A DNA stretch of 45,548 bases from an uncultured Chloroflexia bacterium. Its GTDB lineage: Bacteria > Chloroflexota > Dehalococcoidia > DSTF01 > JALHUB01. The stretch spans positions 1-45,548 of the forward strand of contig CAVSBT010000003.1 in the NCBI GenBank assembly GCA_963726245.1. The letters run 5' to 3'. A model generated the notes under the pieces. That model searched no databases. It was not told the DNA's origin and worked only from the letters and a program-made list of their open reading frames with translations. How positions within the stretch are numbered: the stretch's first letter is position 1; each line of letters begins with the position of its first letter. A program made the translations under genes and the position numbers. This document shows, piece after piece, positions 1 through 9,158 of this stretch.

Positions 1-118
1 TAGACTGTTAGTGCTAGGCCTTTGTTCGTGGTTCGCTTCGCGTCCTGCCGGCAGGCAGGCTCATCTACGCCGCCCGCCCAGGGCGGTCTTGTTCCCAGAG
101 TGAGGTAGAGCACACGCT

Positions 119-730
119 TTGAGCAGCCCGCGTCCGACAACAGGCACGGCGGCGCCCGCCGAGAGGTGCGCGGTCGACAAGGAGCGCATCGCGGCGGCGG
201 TGCGCGAGATCCTCGAGGCCATCGGCGAGGATCCCGCCCGCGAAGGGCTGCGCGAGACTCCCCGGCGCATCGCCGAGATGTACGAGGAGATCCTCGGGGG
301 GCTTGCCATCGACCCGACGGAGTACCTCGGGTCGGGTTCGAAGTCGCCCACGACGAGATGGTGATCCTGCGGGACATCCCCTTCTATAGCATGTGCGAGC
401 ATCACTTCCTCCCTTTCCACGGCCAGGCCCACGTCGGCTACGTCCCCGACGGACGGGTGGTGGGCATCAGCAAGCTCGCCCGCGTCGTCGAGGGGTATGC
501 GCGCCGGCCGCAGAAACCAGGAGAAGCTCACCAGCCAGGTCGCCGAGGCAATCATGGAGGTGCTCAAGCCTGATGGCGTGGCCGTCGTCATCGAAGCCGA
601 GCACCTCTGCATGACGATGCGCGGCGTGAAGAAGCCCGGAAGCCGCATGGTAACGAGCGCCATGCGCGGCCAGTTCAAGCGCAGCGCCCTGAGCCGCTCG
701 GAGTTCACCTCTCTGGTGCAGGGCAAGTAG
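119..730 (+). CDS. folE: GTP cyclohydrolase I (two apparent frameshifts near 330 and 515)
   Basis: Pieces in three ORFs: [47 protein letters not shown]. These are FolE signature motifs. Confidence 0.93.
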
Positions 731-735
731 TCCCC

Positions 736-1717
736 ATGGCTCTGTCGGTTCGAAGGCAGGATTCGGAGAGCCTCCGCGACGAGTGGCAGGACCTGTCTCG
801 CGGACACCGGAGCCCCACGTCTTTCATCGCCCCACCTGGCAGGAGCTGTGGCTGAAGCACTTCGGCGACGGGCGGGAGCCCCTGTTCCTGGCCGTCCGCG
901 ACGGCGAGCGCCTGGTGGGCGTAGCGCCGCTCATGCGCGAAGGCCTGCGCCTCGCCCTGGTCGGCGACCATGAGATCTGCGACTACATGGACTTCGTGGT
1001 GGAGCCCGGCCGGGAGGGCGAATTCTTCGCCGCCGTCTTCCATTCGCTGGGCGAGGATTCCTGGGAGGAGATGGACCTGAGGGGGCTGGCCGCCTACTCG
1101 CCGGCGCTGGCAGCGCTGCCCAAGGCGACAAACGGCCTGGGCTGGCGGGTCGAGAGGGAACTGGAGGCGGTGGCGCCGCACGTAGAGCTGCCCTCCTCCT
1201 GGGAGGAGTACCTTGAGCGCCTGAATGGGAAGGACCGTCACGAGCTGCGACGCAAGATGCGCCGGCTGAGCCAGAGTGGGGCCCGGGTGGCGCTCCCTGA
1301 TCTGCGCTCGCCGCCGGAGGTGGCCGCCGGCATCGAGGACTTCCTCCGACTGCACACCGCCAGCCGCAGCGACAAGGCAGAGTTCATGAGCCCCAGATGG
1401 AAGGCTTCTTCCGGGAAATGTCGGTCGCCCTGGCCGGCGAAGGGCTCATCCGCCTCTTCATGAGGGACCTCGACGGCCGCCCGGCGGCCTCGGTGCTCTG
1501 CTTCGACTGCTGCCGGCAGCTCCACCTCTACAACAGCGGCTTCGACCCCGACCTGTCCTCCCTGTCGGTGGGCCTGCTCTCCAAGGTCCTCTGCCTGGAG
1601 GTCGCCATCAAAGAAGGGAAGGGCTGCGTGGATTTCCTGCGCGGCAGCGAGCCCTACAAGTACGACCTGGGGGGCCACGACCTCCCCATCTACCGCTGCC
1701 GAGTGCGGCGGAGCTAG
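736..1717 (+). CDS. GNAT-family N-acetyltransferase, CelD/BcsL-like (frameshifts near 800 and 1395)
   Basis: ATG at 736. Motifs VFHRPTWQELW, CDYMDF, LPSSWEEYL, YNSGFDPD..SVGLL, DFLRGSEPYKY across ORFs 783-1463 and 1397-1717. Confidence 0.8.
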
Positions 1718-1728
1718 CGGGGCGCGCG

Positions 1729-2981
1729 ATGCGGCGGGTCGCTATGATCAGCTACCACACCTCGCCCCTGGCTCCGCTGGGCGGCCCCGAGACGGGCGGC
1801 ATGAACGTCTACGTGCGGCAGCTCAGCCGGAGCTCGGGCAGCGCGGCCTCCTGGTCGACGTCTTCACGCGGCGCCAGGACGCATCGACCCCTGATGTCGT
1901 GGAAGACGGCGAGAACGTGCGCGTGGTGCACCTGGAGGCCGGGCCGCCACGGCCGGTCGAGAAGGGGCGGCTGCGCCGCTACCTGGACCAGTTCGAAGAG
2001 AACCTGATCCGCTTCGCCGCCGCCGAGGGCGTGACCTACGACCTGCTGCACAGCCACTACTGGCTCTCGGGCTCGGTGGCGCTCCGCCTTCAAGAGCGCT
2101 GGGGCCTGCCCCACGTCACGATGTTCCACACCCTGGGCGAGGTGAAGAACCGGGCGCGCGTCACGGAGCACGAGGCGCCGCTGCGCATCCGCGTGGAGCG
2201 CAGGCTGGCCGCTGAGGCGGATCGCATCGTCTGTGCCAGCCAGCACGAGAAGCATCTGCTGGCCCGCCTCTACGACGCCGACCCCGACCGTGTGGCCGTG
2301 GTGCCCTGCGGTGTCGACCTCGACCTGTTCCGACCCCAGGACAAGAAGGCGGCGCGTCGCGCTCTGGGCTACAGCGACGAGCGCATCATTCTGTTCGTGG
2401 GCCGCATCGAGCCCTTGAAGGGCATCGACATCCTGATCGACGCCGCTGCCCAGCTCGGGGACGAGTCGGACTTCCACGTGCTCATAGTGGGCGGCGACAA
2501 TCGCTCGCGGCAGCAGGTGAGCCACCTCCAGGACCTGGCGTCGGACCTGGGCATCGGCGAGCGGGTGTGCTTCCTGGGCGCCGTGGACCACGAGCAGTTG
2601 CCACTCTACTACAATGCCGCTGACGTCTGTGTGGTGCCGTCGTACTACGAGAGCTTCGGGCTGGTGGCCCTGGAGGCTATGGCCTGCGGGACGCCGGTCG
2701 TGGCCTCACGGGTCGGCGGGCTAACGGGCACGGTGCGGGACGGCGAGACGGGCTATCTCATCTCCTGGCGCTGTCCGGAGCCCTTCGCCGAGCGCCTGGA
2801 GCTCCTGCTGGGCAACGAGACCCTGCGCCATCGCTTCGGCGAGTCGGCCCGCGAGACCGTGGAGCTTTACCGCTGGGCAAACGTCGCCGAAGCGGTGGCG
2901 GGACTGTACCGGGAGCTTCTGGAGGAGTCTGCCGGAGAGGCTCTTCCCCCCGCGAGCGTCTCTGGCTCTTATGGTCAGTGA
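1729..2981 (+). CDS. mshA: MshA-like GT4 glycosyltransferase (frameshift near 1830)
   Basis: HTSPL..GGMNVYV, HSHYWLSG, FHTLG, GRIEPLKG and ESFGLVALEAMACGTPV motifs. Actual substrate unverified. Confidence 0.75.
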
Positions 2982-3020
2982 CTAACCCTGCGGATTGATG
3001 GCGTTAATCCAAATAGACGA

Positions 3021-3077
3021 ACCCTGCGGATTCAAATCCGCAGCTTCCTCGAAGCTGAGGGTTTCAACCCTCAGAGG
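3021..3077. repeat. REPIN-like double hairpin, family A copy 1 (partial extra copy at 2986-2997)
   Basis: accctgcggattcaaatccgcagc-ttcctcgaa-gctgagggtttcaaccctcag nearly matches the reverse complement of 12111-12166. Confidence 0.85.
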
Positions 3078-3160
3078 TGAGCGGAAATGCTTGAGGACCT
3101 TCAGACCCCGCGAACCTGTCGGAGCCTCACGGTCATCAACAACACATTGTTGACGGGAGA

Positions 3161-3218
3161 CGTAGGGGCAGGGCCCTGTCCCTGCCCAACCCAAGGCGCC
3201 CAGGGGGGCGCCCCTACG
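3161..3218. repeat. GTAG-type REP/REPIN-like element
   Basis: cgtaggggc ... gcccctacg terminal inverted repeat with internal hairpins gggcaggg/ccctgccc and ggcgcc. Confidence 0.65.
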
Positions 3219-3227
3219 ACTGGCCGC

Positions 3228-3937
3228 ATGACTGAATCTCAGGCCACGAAGCGGGCCATGGTCGTCATGGCCCATCCCGATGACGCCGAGTTCCTCTGCG
3301 CCGGCGCCGTCGCCCACTGGTGCGACGAAGGCTGGGAAGTCTACTACGTCATCGCCACGTCGGCGACAAGGGCAGCCGCGACGAGAGCGTCTCCCAGCAG
3401 GAGCTGGCCGCCCGGCGCGAGAAGGAGCAGCGCGACGCCGCCCGCGTCCTGGGCGTCAGGGAGTGCATCTTCCTGGGCTATGCCGACGGCTTCCTGGAGG
3501 AGAGCCTGGAGCTCCGTGAGCAGATCGTGCGGCTGCTGCGGAAGCATCAGCCCGAGGTGGTGGTGACCTGGGACGGATTCCGGCGCGGCTTCAACCATCG
3601 GGACCACCGCATCGTCGGGCGCGTGGTCTACGACGCCATCTACCCGGCGGCGCGCTCCCTTCTCTTCTATCCCGAGCACCGTGAGGAAGGGCTCGGGCCC
3701 TACCGGGCCTCGGAGCTATGGCTCGCCGGCGCCGAGGAGCCCGACCACTACGTTGACATAACCTCTTACTTCGACCGGAAGATGGAAGCGCTGCGCCAGC
3801 ACGCCAGCCAGGTCGGAAAGCGGCCGCGGGGAGACTTGCTGAAGCGGATGCGCCGCTGGCACCGGGAGGTCGGCAAGAAGGCCGGCTGCAAGTACGCCGA
3901 GGGCTTCCGCCGAGTGCAGTTCGAGCGGCCGCCGTGA
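3228..3937 (+). CDS. PIG-L/LmbE family N-acetylglucosaminyl deacetylase (MshB/BshB-like; frameshift near 3360)
   Basis: AHPDDAE, GDKG, RREKE, HRDH and HASQ motifs. Confidence 0.85.
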
Positions 3938-4803
3938 TCGTCGATTTCCACACCCACGTCTTCCCTCCGCAGGTGCGCGAGCAGCGCGACGAGTACCTGC
4001 GGCGCGATGCCACCTTCCGCGAGCTCTACAGCGACCCCCGCTCGAAGCTGGCGAGCGCCGAAGACGTGCTGGCCAGCATGGACGAGGCTGGCGTCGATGT
4101 CAGCGTCATCGTGGGGTTCGCCTGGAGCGAGATGGACCTCTGCCGACAGACGAACGACTACATCCTGGAAGCCGCGGCCCGCAACGGCGGACGTCTGGTA
4201 CCCTTCTGCTGCCTGCAGCCCCGGGCCGGCGACGAGGCGCGCCGCGAGGTGGAGCGCTGCGCGTCGGCGGGCGCCCGCGGCCTCGGCGAGCTGCGTCCTG
4301 AGCCTGTCGAAGGGCTGCGCCCTTGGAACCAGGGCTACGACCTGGCGGACGGCGAGGAGGCCGATCTGCTGGCCTGGGCCTCCAGCGCTCACGACCTGCC
4401 TCTCCTCTTCCACGTCAGCGAGCCGGTGGGGCACCGCTACCCCGGCAAGATGGGGCTGGAGCCGCCCGCCCTATACCGCTTCCTGGAGAAGTATCCGGAC
4501 GTGAAGGTCGTGGCCGCCCACTGGGGCGGCGGCCTCCCCTTCTACGCCCTCATGCCGGAGGTGAGGGAGGCGCTGAGCAACACCTTCTTCGACACAGCCG
4601 CCACTCCTCTCCTCTACGACCCGCTCATCTACCGGCGGGCCATCGACCTGGTGGGCGCGGACCGCATCCTCTTCGGCAGCGACTTCCCGCTGCTCTCCCA
4701 GGGCCGGTGCCTGGCCCAGGTTCGAGACGCGGGCCTGCGCGAGGAGGAGCAGCGCCTTGTCCTGGGCGAGAACGCCCGCCGCCTGCTGAGACTGCCGCCA
4801 TGA
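3934..4803 (+). CDS. Amidohydrolase_2 family metal-dependent hydrolase
   Basis: IVDFHTH, AHWGGG, FFDTAA and ILFGSDFP motifs. Confidence 0.88.
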   Translation: MIVDFHTHVFPPQVREQRDEYLRRDATFRELYSDPRSKLASAEDVLASMDEAGVDVSVIVGFAWSEMDLCRQTNDYILEAAARNGGRLVPFCCLQPRAGDEARREVERCASAGARGLGELRPEPVEGLRPWNQGYDLADGEEADLLAWASSAHDLPLLFHVSEPVGHRYPGKMGLEPPALYRFLEKYPDVKVVAAHWGGGLPFYALMPEVREALSNTFFDTAATPLLYDPLIYRRAIDLVGADRILFGSDFPLLSQGRCLAQVRDAGLREEEQRLVLGENARRLLRLPP

Positions 4804-5483
4804 CGCGCCGTGAGCCCCCGTGCCGGAGCGCGGGTCAAAGGTCTGGCCCGACCCCGACGGGCCGGCCTTTTCGGGACGCGGGCCCGGGCGGGCCGAGTCT
4901 CCGCCTCTTCGTCGCCTGTGAGCTTCCCGGCGAAGCCAGGGAGGCCCTCGCCACCGTCCAGCGCCTCCTCCAGGAGCAGGGCGCCGAGGGACTGCGCTGG
5001 GTGCGGCCGGAAGGCATTCACCTCACCCTGAAGTTCCTGGGCCCGGTGCCGGCCCGCCGCCTGGAGGCCATCGAAAGGGCGCTGGCGCGGGCGGTGAGCG
5101 AGCCCTTCCGTCTGTCGGTGAGGCTGGGAAGGCTCGGCTCCTTCGGCGGCTCCACCGGCCTGCGGGTCGTGTGGGTAGGACTGGAGGGAGATGTCGAAGC
5201 GCTGGCGCGACTGGCGGCGCAGGTAGAGGGGGCCATGGAGTCTATGGGCTTCGAGCGCGAACGGCGCCCCTTCGCCGCCCACCTTACTCTGGCGCGGGTG
5301 AAGGATGAGGCCAGCCCTCAGGACCGCCGCCGCCTCTTCGACCTCGTCCGTGCCCTGGAGCTGCCGCCGCTACCCGGCGCAACGCTGGACGCGCTGAGCC
5401 TCATGCAGAGCACCCTCGAACCGGGCGGGGCGCGCTACCAGTGCCTGGCCCGCTTCCCCCGCTCCTCGCCCGCCGGCGCATAG
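4800..5483 (+). CDS. thpR: RNA 2',3'-cyclic phosphodiesterase (2H family)
   Basis: RLFVA, HLTLKFLG and FAAHLTLAR (two HxT motifs). ATG at 4800 overlaps the upstream stop (ATGA). Confidence 0.88.
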   Translation: MTRREPPCRSAGQRSGPTPTGRPFRDAGPGGPSLRLFVACELPGEAREALATVQRLLQEQGAEGLRWVRPEGIHLTLKFLGPVPARRLEAIERALARAVSEPFRLSVRLGRLGSFGGSTGLRVVWVGLEGDVEALARLAAQVEGAMESMGFERERRPFAAHLTLARVKDEASPQDRRRLFDLVRALELPPLPGATLDALSLMQSTLEPGGARYQCLARFPRSSPAGA

Positions 5484-5535
5484 CGGCGCCCCGCCTGCTC
5501 GCCGGTGACGAACCGGTTACGGCCTCGCATACGGC

Positions 5536-5564
5536 TTGACGTCGAGAGCCGCCCGGGCTATAAT
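5536..5564 (+). promoter_or_regulatory. sigma70-type promoter
   Basis: TTGACG-N17-TATAAT, near-perfect consensus in a high-GC genome, upstream of the SWIM gene. Confidence 0.75.
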
Positions 5565-5643
5565 ACGAATCTAGTTCGGGGGCACGCGCCAAAAGGAGCC
5601 AAATGGCATGACTGGCGGCGCTGACAATCGAATAGCGTCTTAT

Positions 5644-5682
5644 GGGCACCAGCCTAGCAGTGGCCGGTGCCCTATTCTTTCT
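5644..5682 (+). terminator. Terminator/attenuator-like hairpin within the leader
   Basis: gggcacc-a-gcc...ggc-c-ggtgccc stem followed by tattctttct. Confidence 0.4.
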
Positions 5683-5713
5683 CTGCGGGTCGCCACAGAG
5701 CTAAGGAGGAGAG

Positions 5714-5975
5714 ATGCAGTCTAGTCTCATCGGCAAAATCGAGAAGGCCAAGCGCTACGCTCAGGAGCGAGATTCGCATCCGTTTCTCCAGCCTCCGCGT
5801 GGGCTTCCGAGGCGAGAACGACTCCCACGAGGTGTGGTTGGAGGACGAACGCTGGAATTGCTCCTGTGACTTCTTTGCCGGATGGGGCTTCTGCTGCCAT
5901 ACCATGGCCCTTGAGAGGGTCCTCGAAGGCATGCTCCCGGCGAGCGTCCTTTCGCAGAGCATGGCTCGCGTTTAG
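5714..5975 (+). CDS. Small SWIM zinc-finger protein (frameshift near 5770)
   Basis: aaggagga RBS. MQSSLIGKIEKAKRYAQE followed in another frame by WNCSCDFF..GFCCHTMALE (CxC-n-CxH). Confidence 0.75.
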
Positions 5976-6159
5976 GCTGCCGGCCTGTCGGCAGGCGACT
6001 GAATCCTCAATATTGGGGGCGGACGTAATTGTCCGCCCCCGATGCGTTTCCACAAGATAATGAGAATGGTTTCGCGCTGGTGGGTGCCCAAGATCGAGTC
6101 ATTATGGTGTCAGGAGTCCGCTGGGGGAGCCATTCAGCGGGGGGGCGTTTTCAGCGGCT

Positions 6160-7593
6160 TCAGCGGCTGATCGCCTCAATCACGTGGATTAGCGGGGCAG
6201 GGTAGACGCCCAGCCAGACCACCACTGACATCACCACTGCCAGCACCAGGTTGTCGGCCAGAGATAGGGATGGCTCGACGGCCGGTCCTCTAACCTCCTC
6301 CGGCGGGTGCGCGAACATCGTGCCGATGACGCGCAGGTAGTAGAACAGGCCTATGACGCTGCTCACGGCGAGAATGATGACCAGCGCCCACAGGGCGGAC
6401 CCCGCGGCCGCGGTCACCAGGTAGATCTTCCCCAGGAAGCCGGCCGTCAGAGGTATACCGGCGAGCGAGAGGAGCGTCGCCGTGAACGCCGTTGCCAGCC
6501 AGGGGCGGCGCCAGACGAGGCCGCGGTAGTCGTCCAGGCTGTCCGCCTCGCGGTCGGGGCCCGATAGCACCGTGATGATGCCGAATGAGCCCAGGGTGGC
6601 CGCGAAGTAGGCGACCAGGTAGAAAGTCACGGCCGTCACCACCAGCGAGCCGCTGGCCAGGAAGGCGACCAGCAGATACCCAAGGTGGGCGATGGAGGAG
6701 TAGGCCAGGATCCGCTTCACATTGCTCTGCAGCAGCGCAAGCAGGTTGCCGACGAGCATCGAGGCGACGGCGATGGCATAGAACGCGGCGAACAGTGAGT
6801 CGTAGGAGCGGTAGTCGATCTGCGTGTAGAACCGCAGCACGAGCGCGAACATGGCTCCCTTGGATACGGATGCCACGAACGCGGCCACAGGCGCCGGCGC
6901 GCCTTCATACACGTCGGGGGTCCACATGTGGAACGGCACAACCGCCAGCTTGAACCCGACCCCGACGACCACCATGCCGAAGCCCGTCATCAGCACCGTC
7001 TTCTGTATGTCGCTCAGTCCGGATATGGACGAGGCAATGCCGGCGAACTCCATCGTCCCCACTTCGCCGTAGATGAGGGCCATGCCAAAGAGAAGAAACG
7101 CCGCCGAGGCCGCGGCCAGGATCAGGTACTTGATCGCCGCCTCAATGCTGTGCTCTCTAAGTGGGTAGCCGATCAAGCCGTAGAGCGAGACGCTGAGGAT
7201 CTCCAGCCCAAGGAAGAACGAGGCGAAGTGCCTGCTGGCCACGAGCACTGCCGAACCGAGGGTGGCCAGCAAGAGGAGGATGTAGAACTCGTCGGCGCTG
7301 CCCTCGCGCCCTTCCAGGTACCTGTACGCCAGCCCGGCGACGGCGAAGGCGGCGGCGAAGATCAGCCCCATGTAGAAGAGCGCGTAGCGATCGAGAATGA
7401 GAAGCGCCGTCACCTCGTTGGAGCTGGTGCGTGACGATACGGGAAGCATGGCGAAGGCGAGGACAAGTCCGAACATGGTCAGCGCGACGGTCAGCCGGTG
7501 GTCGCGGTAGAAGGCGACCACCAGCATGATGACGACCGGCGCCGCCGCCAGGACGATGAGCGGCAACAGGGTAACGATTTCAGTGCCTGTCAT
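6160..7593 (-). CDS. nuoN: NADH-quinone oxidoreductase subunit N
   Basis: EAAIKY, FKLAVVPFHMWTPDVYEGAP, KRILAYSSIAH. Confidence 0.96.
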   Translation of the reverse strand: MTGTEIVTLLPLIVLAAAPVVIMLVVAFYRDHRLTVALTMFGLVLAFAMLPVSSRTSSNEVTALLILDRYALFYMGLIFAAAFAVAGLAYRYLEGREGSADEFYILLLLATLGSAVLVASRHFASFFLGLEILSVSLYGLIGYPLREHSIEAAIKYLILAAASAAFLLFGMALIYGEVGTMEFAGIASSISGLSDIQKTVLMTGFGMVVVGVGFKLAVVPFHMWTPDVYEGAPAPVAAFVASVSKGAMFALVLRFYTQIDYRSYDSLFAAFYAIAVASMLVGNLLALLQSNVKRILAYSSIAHLGYLLVAFLASGSLVVTAVTFYLVAYFAATLGSFGIITVLSGPDREADSLDDYRGLVWRRPWLATAFTATLLSLAGIPLTAGFLGKIYLVTAAAGSALWALVIILAVSSVIGLFYYLRVIGTMFAHPPEEVRGPAVEPSLSLADNLVLAVVMSVVVWLGVYPAPLIHVIEAISR

Positions 7594-9158
7594 CGGCCGT
7601 CTCCGAACAGCAGGTTAGGCTGGGACTCGCCACCCGGCACCACAGCGCCCGCAGCCGGCGGGGACGACACCGCCTGCGAGGTCGAAGCGATCTGTGGCAG
7701 GTTGTCCAGCGACTGCTTCGCCGTGCTAATCACCGACTGCGGGTAGAGGCCCAGCCACATGATGACGGCCATGAGCGCTCCCATGATCACCATCTCCCGC
7801 GGCCGGAGGTCCGGCAGCTTCCACCCGGCCGTGTTCGGCCCGTGGAAGGTGCTCTGGACTATCCACAGTGCGTAGACAGTCGCGGCGATGAGCCCCAGCG
7901 ACGCGAGTATCGCGAACACCAGGCGGGCCTGATAGGCCCCCAGCAGCACCAGGAACTCGCCGACGAAGTTCCCCATCCCCGGCAGACCCAGCGACGCGAC
8001 GGCGAAGAAGAGCGCGACGGCCCCCATGCGCGGCACCGTCGCCCACAGGCCCTCCATCTTGCGTATGTCGCGGGTGTGGGTGCGCTCCTGGAGCTCGCCG
8101 ACGAGGATGAAGAGCGCCCCGGTCGCGATGCCGTGGCAGATGATCTGCATCACGGCCCCTTGCAGCGCCAGCTCGTTGAAGGCGAAGATGCCGAGCAGCA
8201 CGAACCCCATATGGCTGACGCTGGTGTATGCCACCAGACGCTTCAAGTCGTACTGGGCAAATGCCAGCACAGCGCCGTAGATGATGCCGACGACCCCCAA
8301 TCCCATCGCGTACGGCGCGAAGTCCAGGGCGGCATTCGGGAAGAGCGGTAGGACGAAGCGGAGCAACCCATACGCCCCGGTCTTCAGCAGGAGGCCGGCC
8401 AGGATCACGCTGCCGGCCGTCGGCGCCTCGGTATGGGCGTCGGGCAGCCACGTGTGCAGCGGCACCACCGGCAGCTTGACGGCGAAAGCGGCGACGAAGC
8501 CGAGCATGAGCCACATCGCCGTCCTCCCGGACATAGCCGTGCCCAGCAGTTGCGTATAGTCGAAGGTGTACGTCCCGGTGCTGTGGCCGTGGGCGAAGTA
8601 CAACCCCAGGATGGCCGCCAGCATCAGGAGACCGCTGGCCTGCGTGAACAGGAAGAACTTGACAGCGGCGTAAGTGCGGTTCTCATGCCCCCACAGGATG
8701 ATGAGCAGGTACATGGGGACCAGCATCATCTCCCAGAAGAAATAGAAGAGGAACAGGTCCAGCGCCAGGAAGACGCCCGTGATCGCGGCCAGCGTCCACA
8801 TCAGGTTGAAGTGGAAGAAGCCTACCCGCTCCTCGATCTCCCGCCAGGAGGCGAGGACGCTCATGATCCCCAGGAAGGCGGTCAGCACGATCAGCAGGAG
8901 GCTCAGGCTGTCTATCGCCAGGTGGAACCTGATCCCGAGCTGTGTGATCCATGTGTGGTTCGTCTCGGCCAGCCAGGGGCCGCTGAACGAGGCGGCCAGC
9001 GGCCCGAAGTGGTGGGCCCAGAACGCCACCGCCAGTATGAGGTCGATCGTGAGGGCGAATAGGGAGATCCAGCGGGGCCATTGGGAGCCCCAGCGCGCCG
9101 CAATCCAGGCAACTACGCCGCCGGCGGCAGGGATGAGGATGAACGCCACTAGCATCAT
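7590..9158 (-). CDS. nuoM: NADH-quinone oxidoreductase subunit M
   Basis: FFWEMMLVP, KLPVVPLHTWLPDAHTEAPT, LLKTGAYG. Confidence 0.96.
   Translation of the reverse strand: MMLVAFILIPAAGGVVAWIAARWGSQWPRWISLFALTIDLILAVAFWAHHFGPLAASFSGPWLAETNHTWITQLGIRFHLAIDSLSLLLIVLTAFLGIMSVLASWREIEERVGFFHFNLMWTLAAITGVFLALDLFLFYFFWEMMLVPMYLLIILWGHENRTYAAVKFFLFTQASGLLMLAAILGLYFAHGHSTGTYTFDYTQLLGTAMSGRTAMWLMLGFVAAFAVKLPVVPLHTWLPDAHTEAPTAGSVILAGLLLKTGAYGLLRFVLPLFPNAALDFAPYAMGLGVVGIIYGAVLAFAQYDLKRLVAYTSVSHMGFVLLGIFAFNELALQGAVMQIICHGIATGALFILVGELQERTHTRDIRKMEGLWATVPRMGAVALFFAVASLGLPGMGNFVGEFLVLLGAYQARLVFAILASLGLIAATVYALWIVQSTFHGPNTAGWKLPDLRPREMVIMGALMAVIMWLGLYPQSVISTAKQSLDNLPQIASTSQAVSSPPAAGAVVPGGESQPNLLFGDGR

Noticed and set aside
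5575-5700. tmRNA or tRNA in the SWIM leader
   Set aside because: No tRNA-like acceptor/T-arm and no Ala-ending tag frame.
6056-6074. Fur-box-like gataatgagaatggtttcg
   Set aside because: Only 13/19 match, and it lies between convergent gene ends with no gene to regulate.
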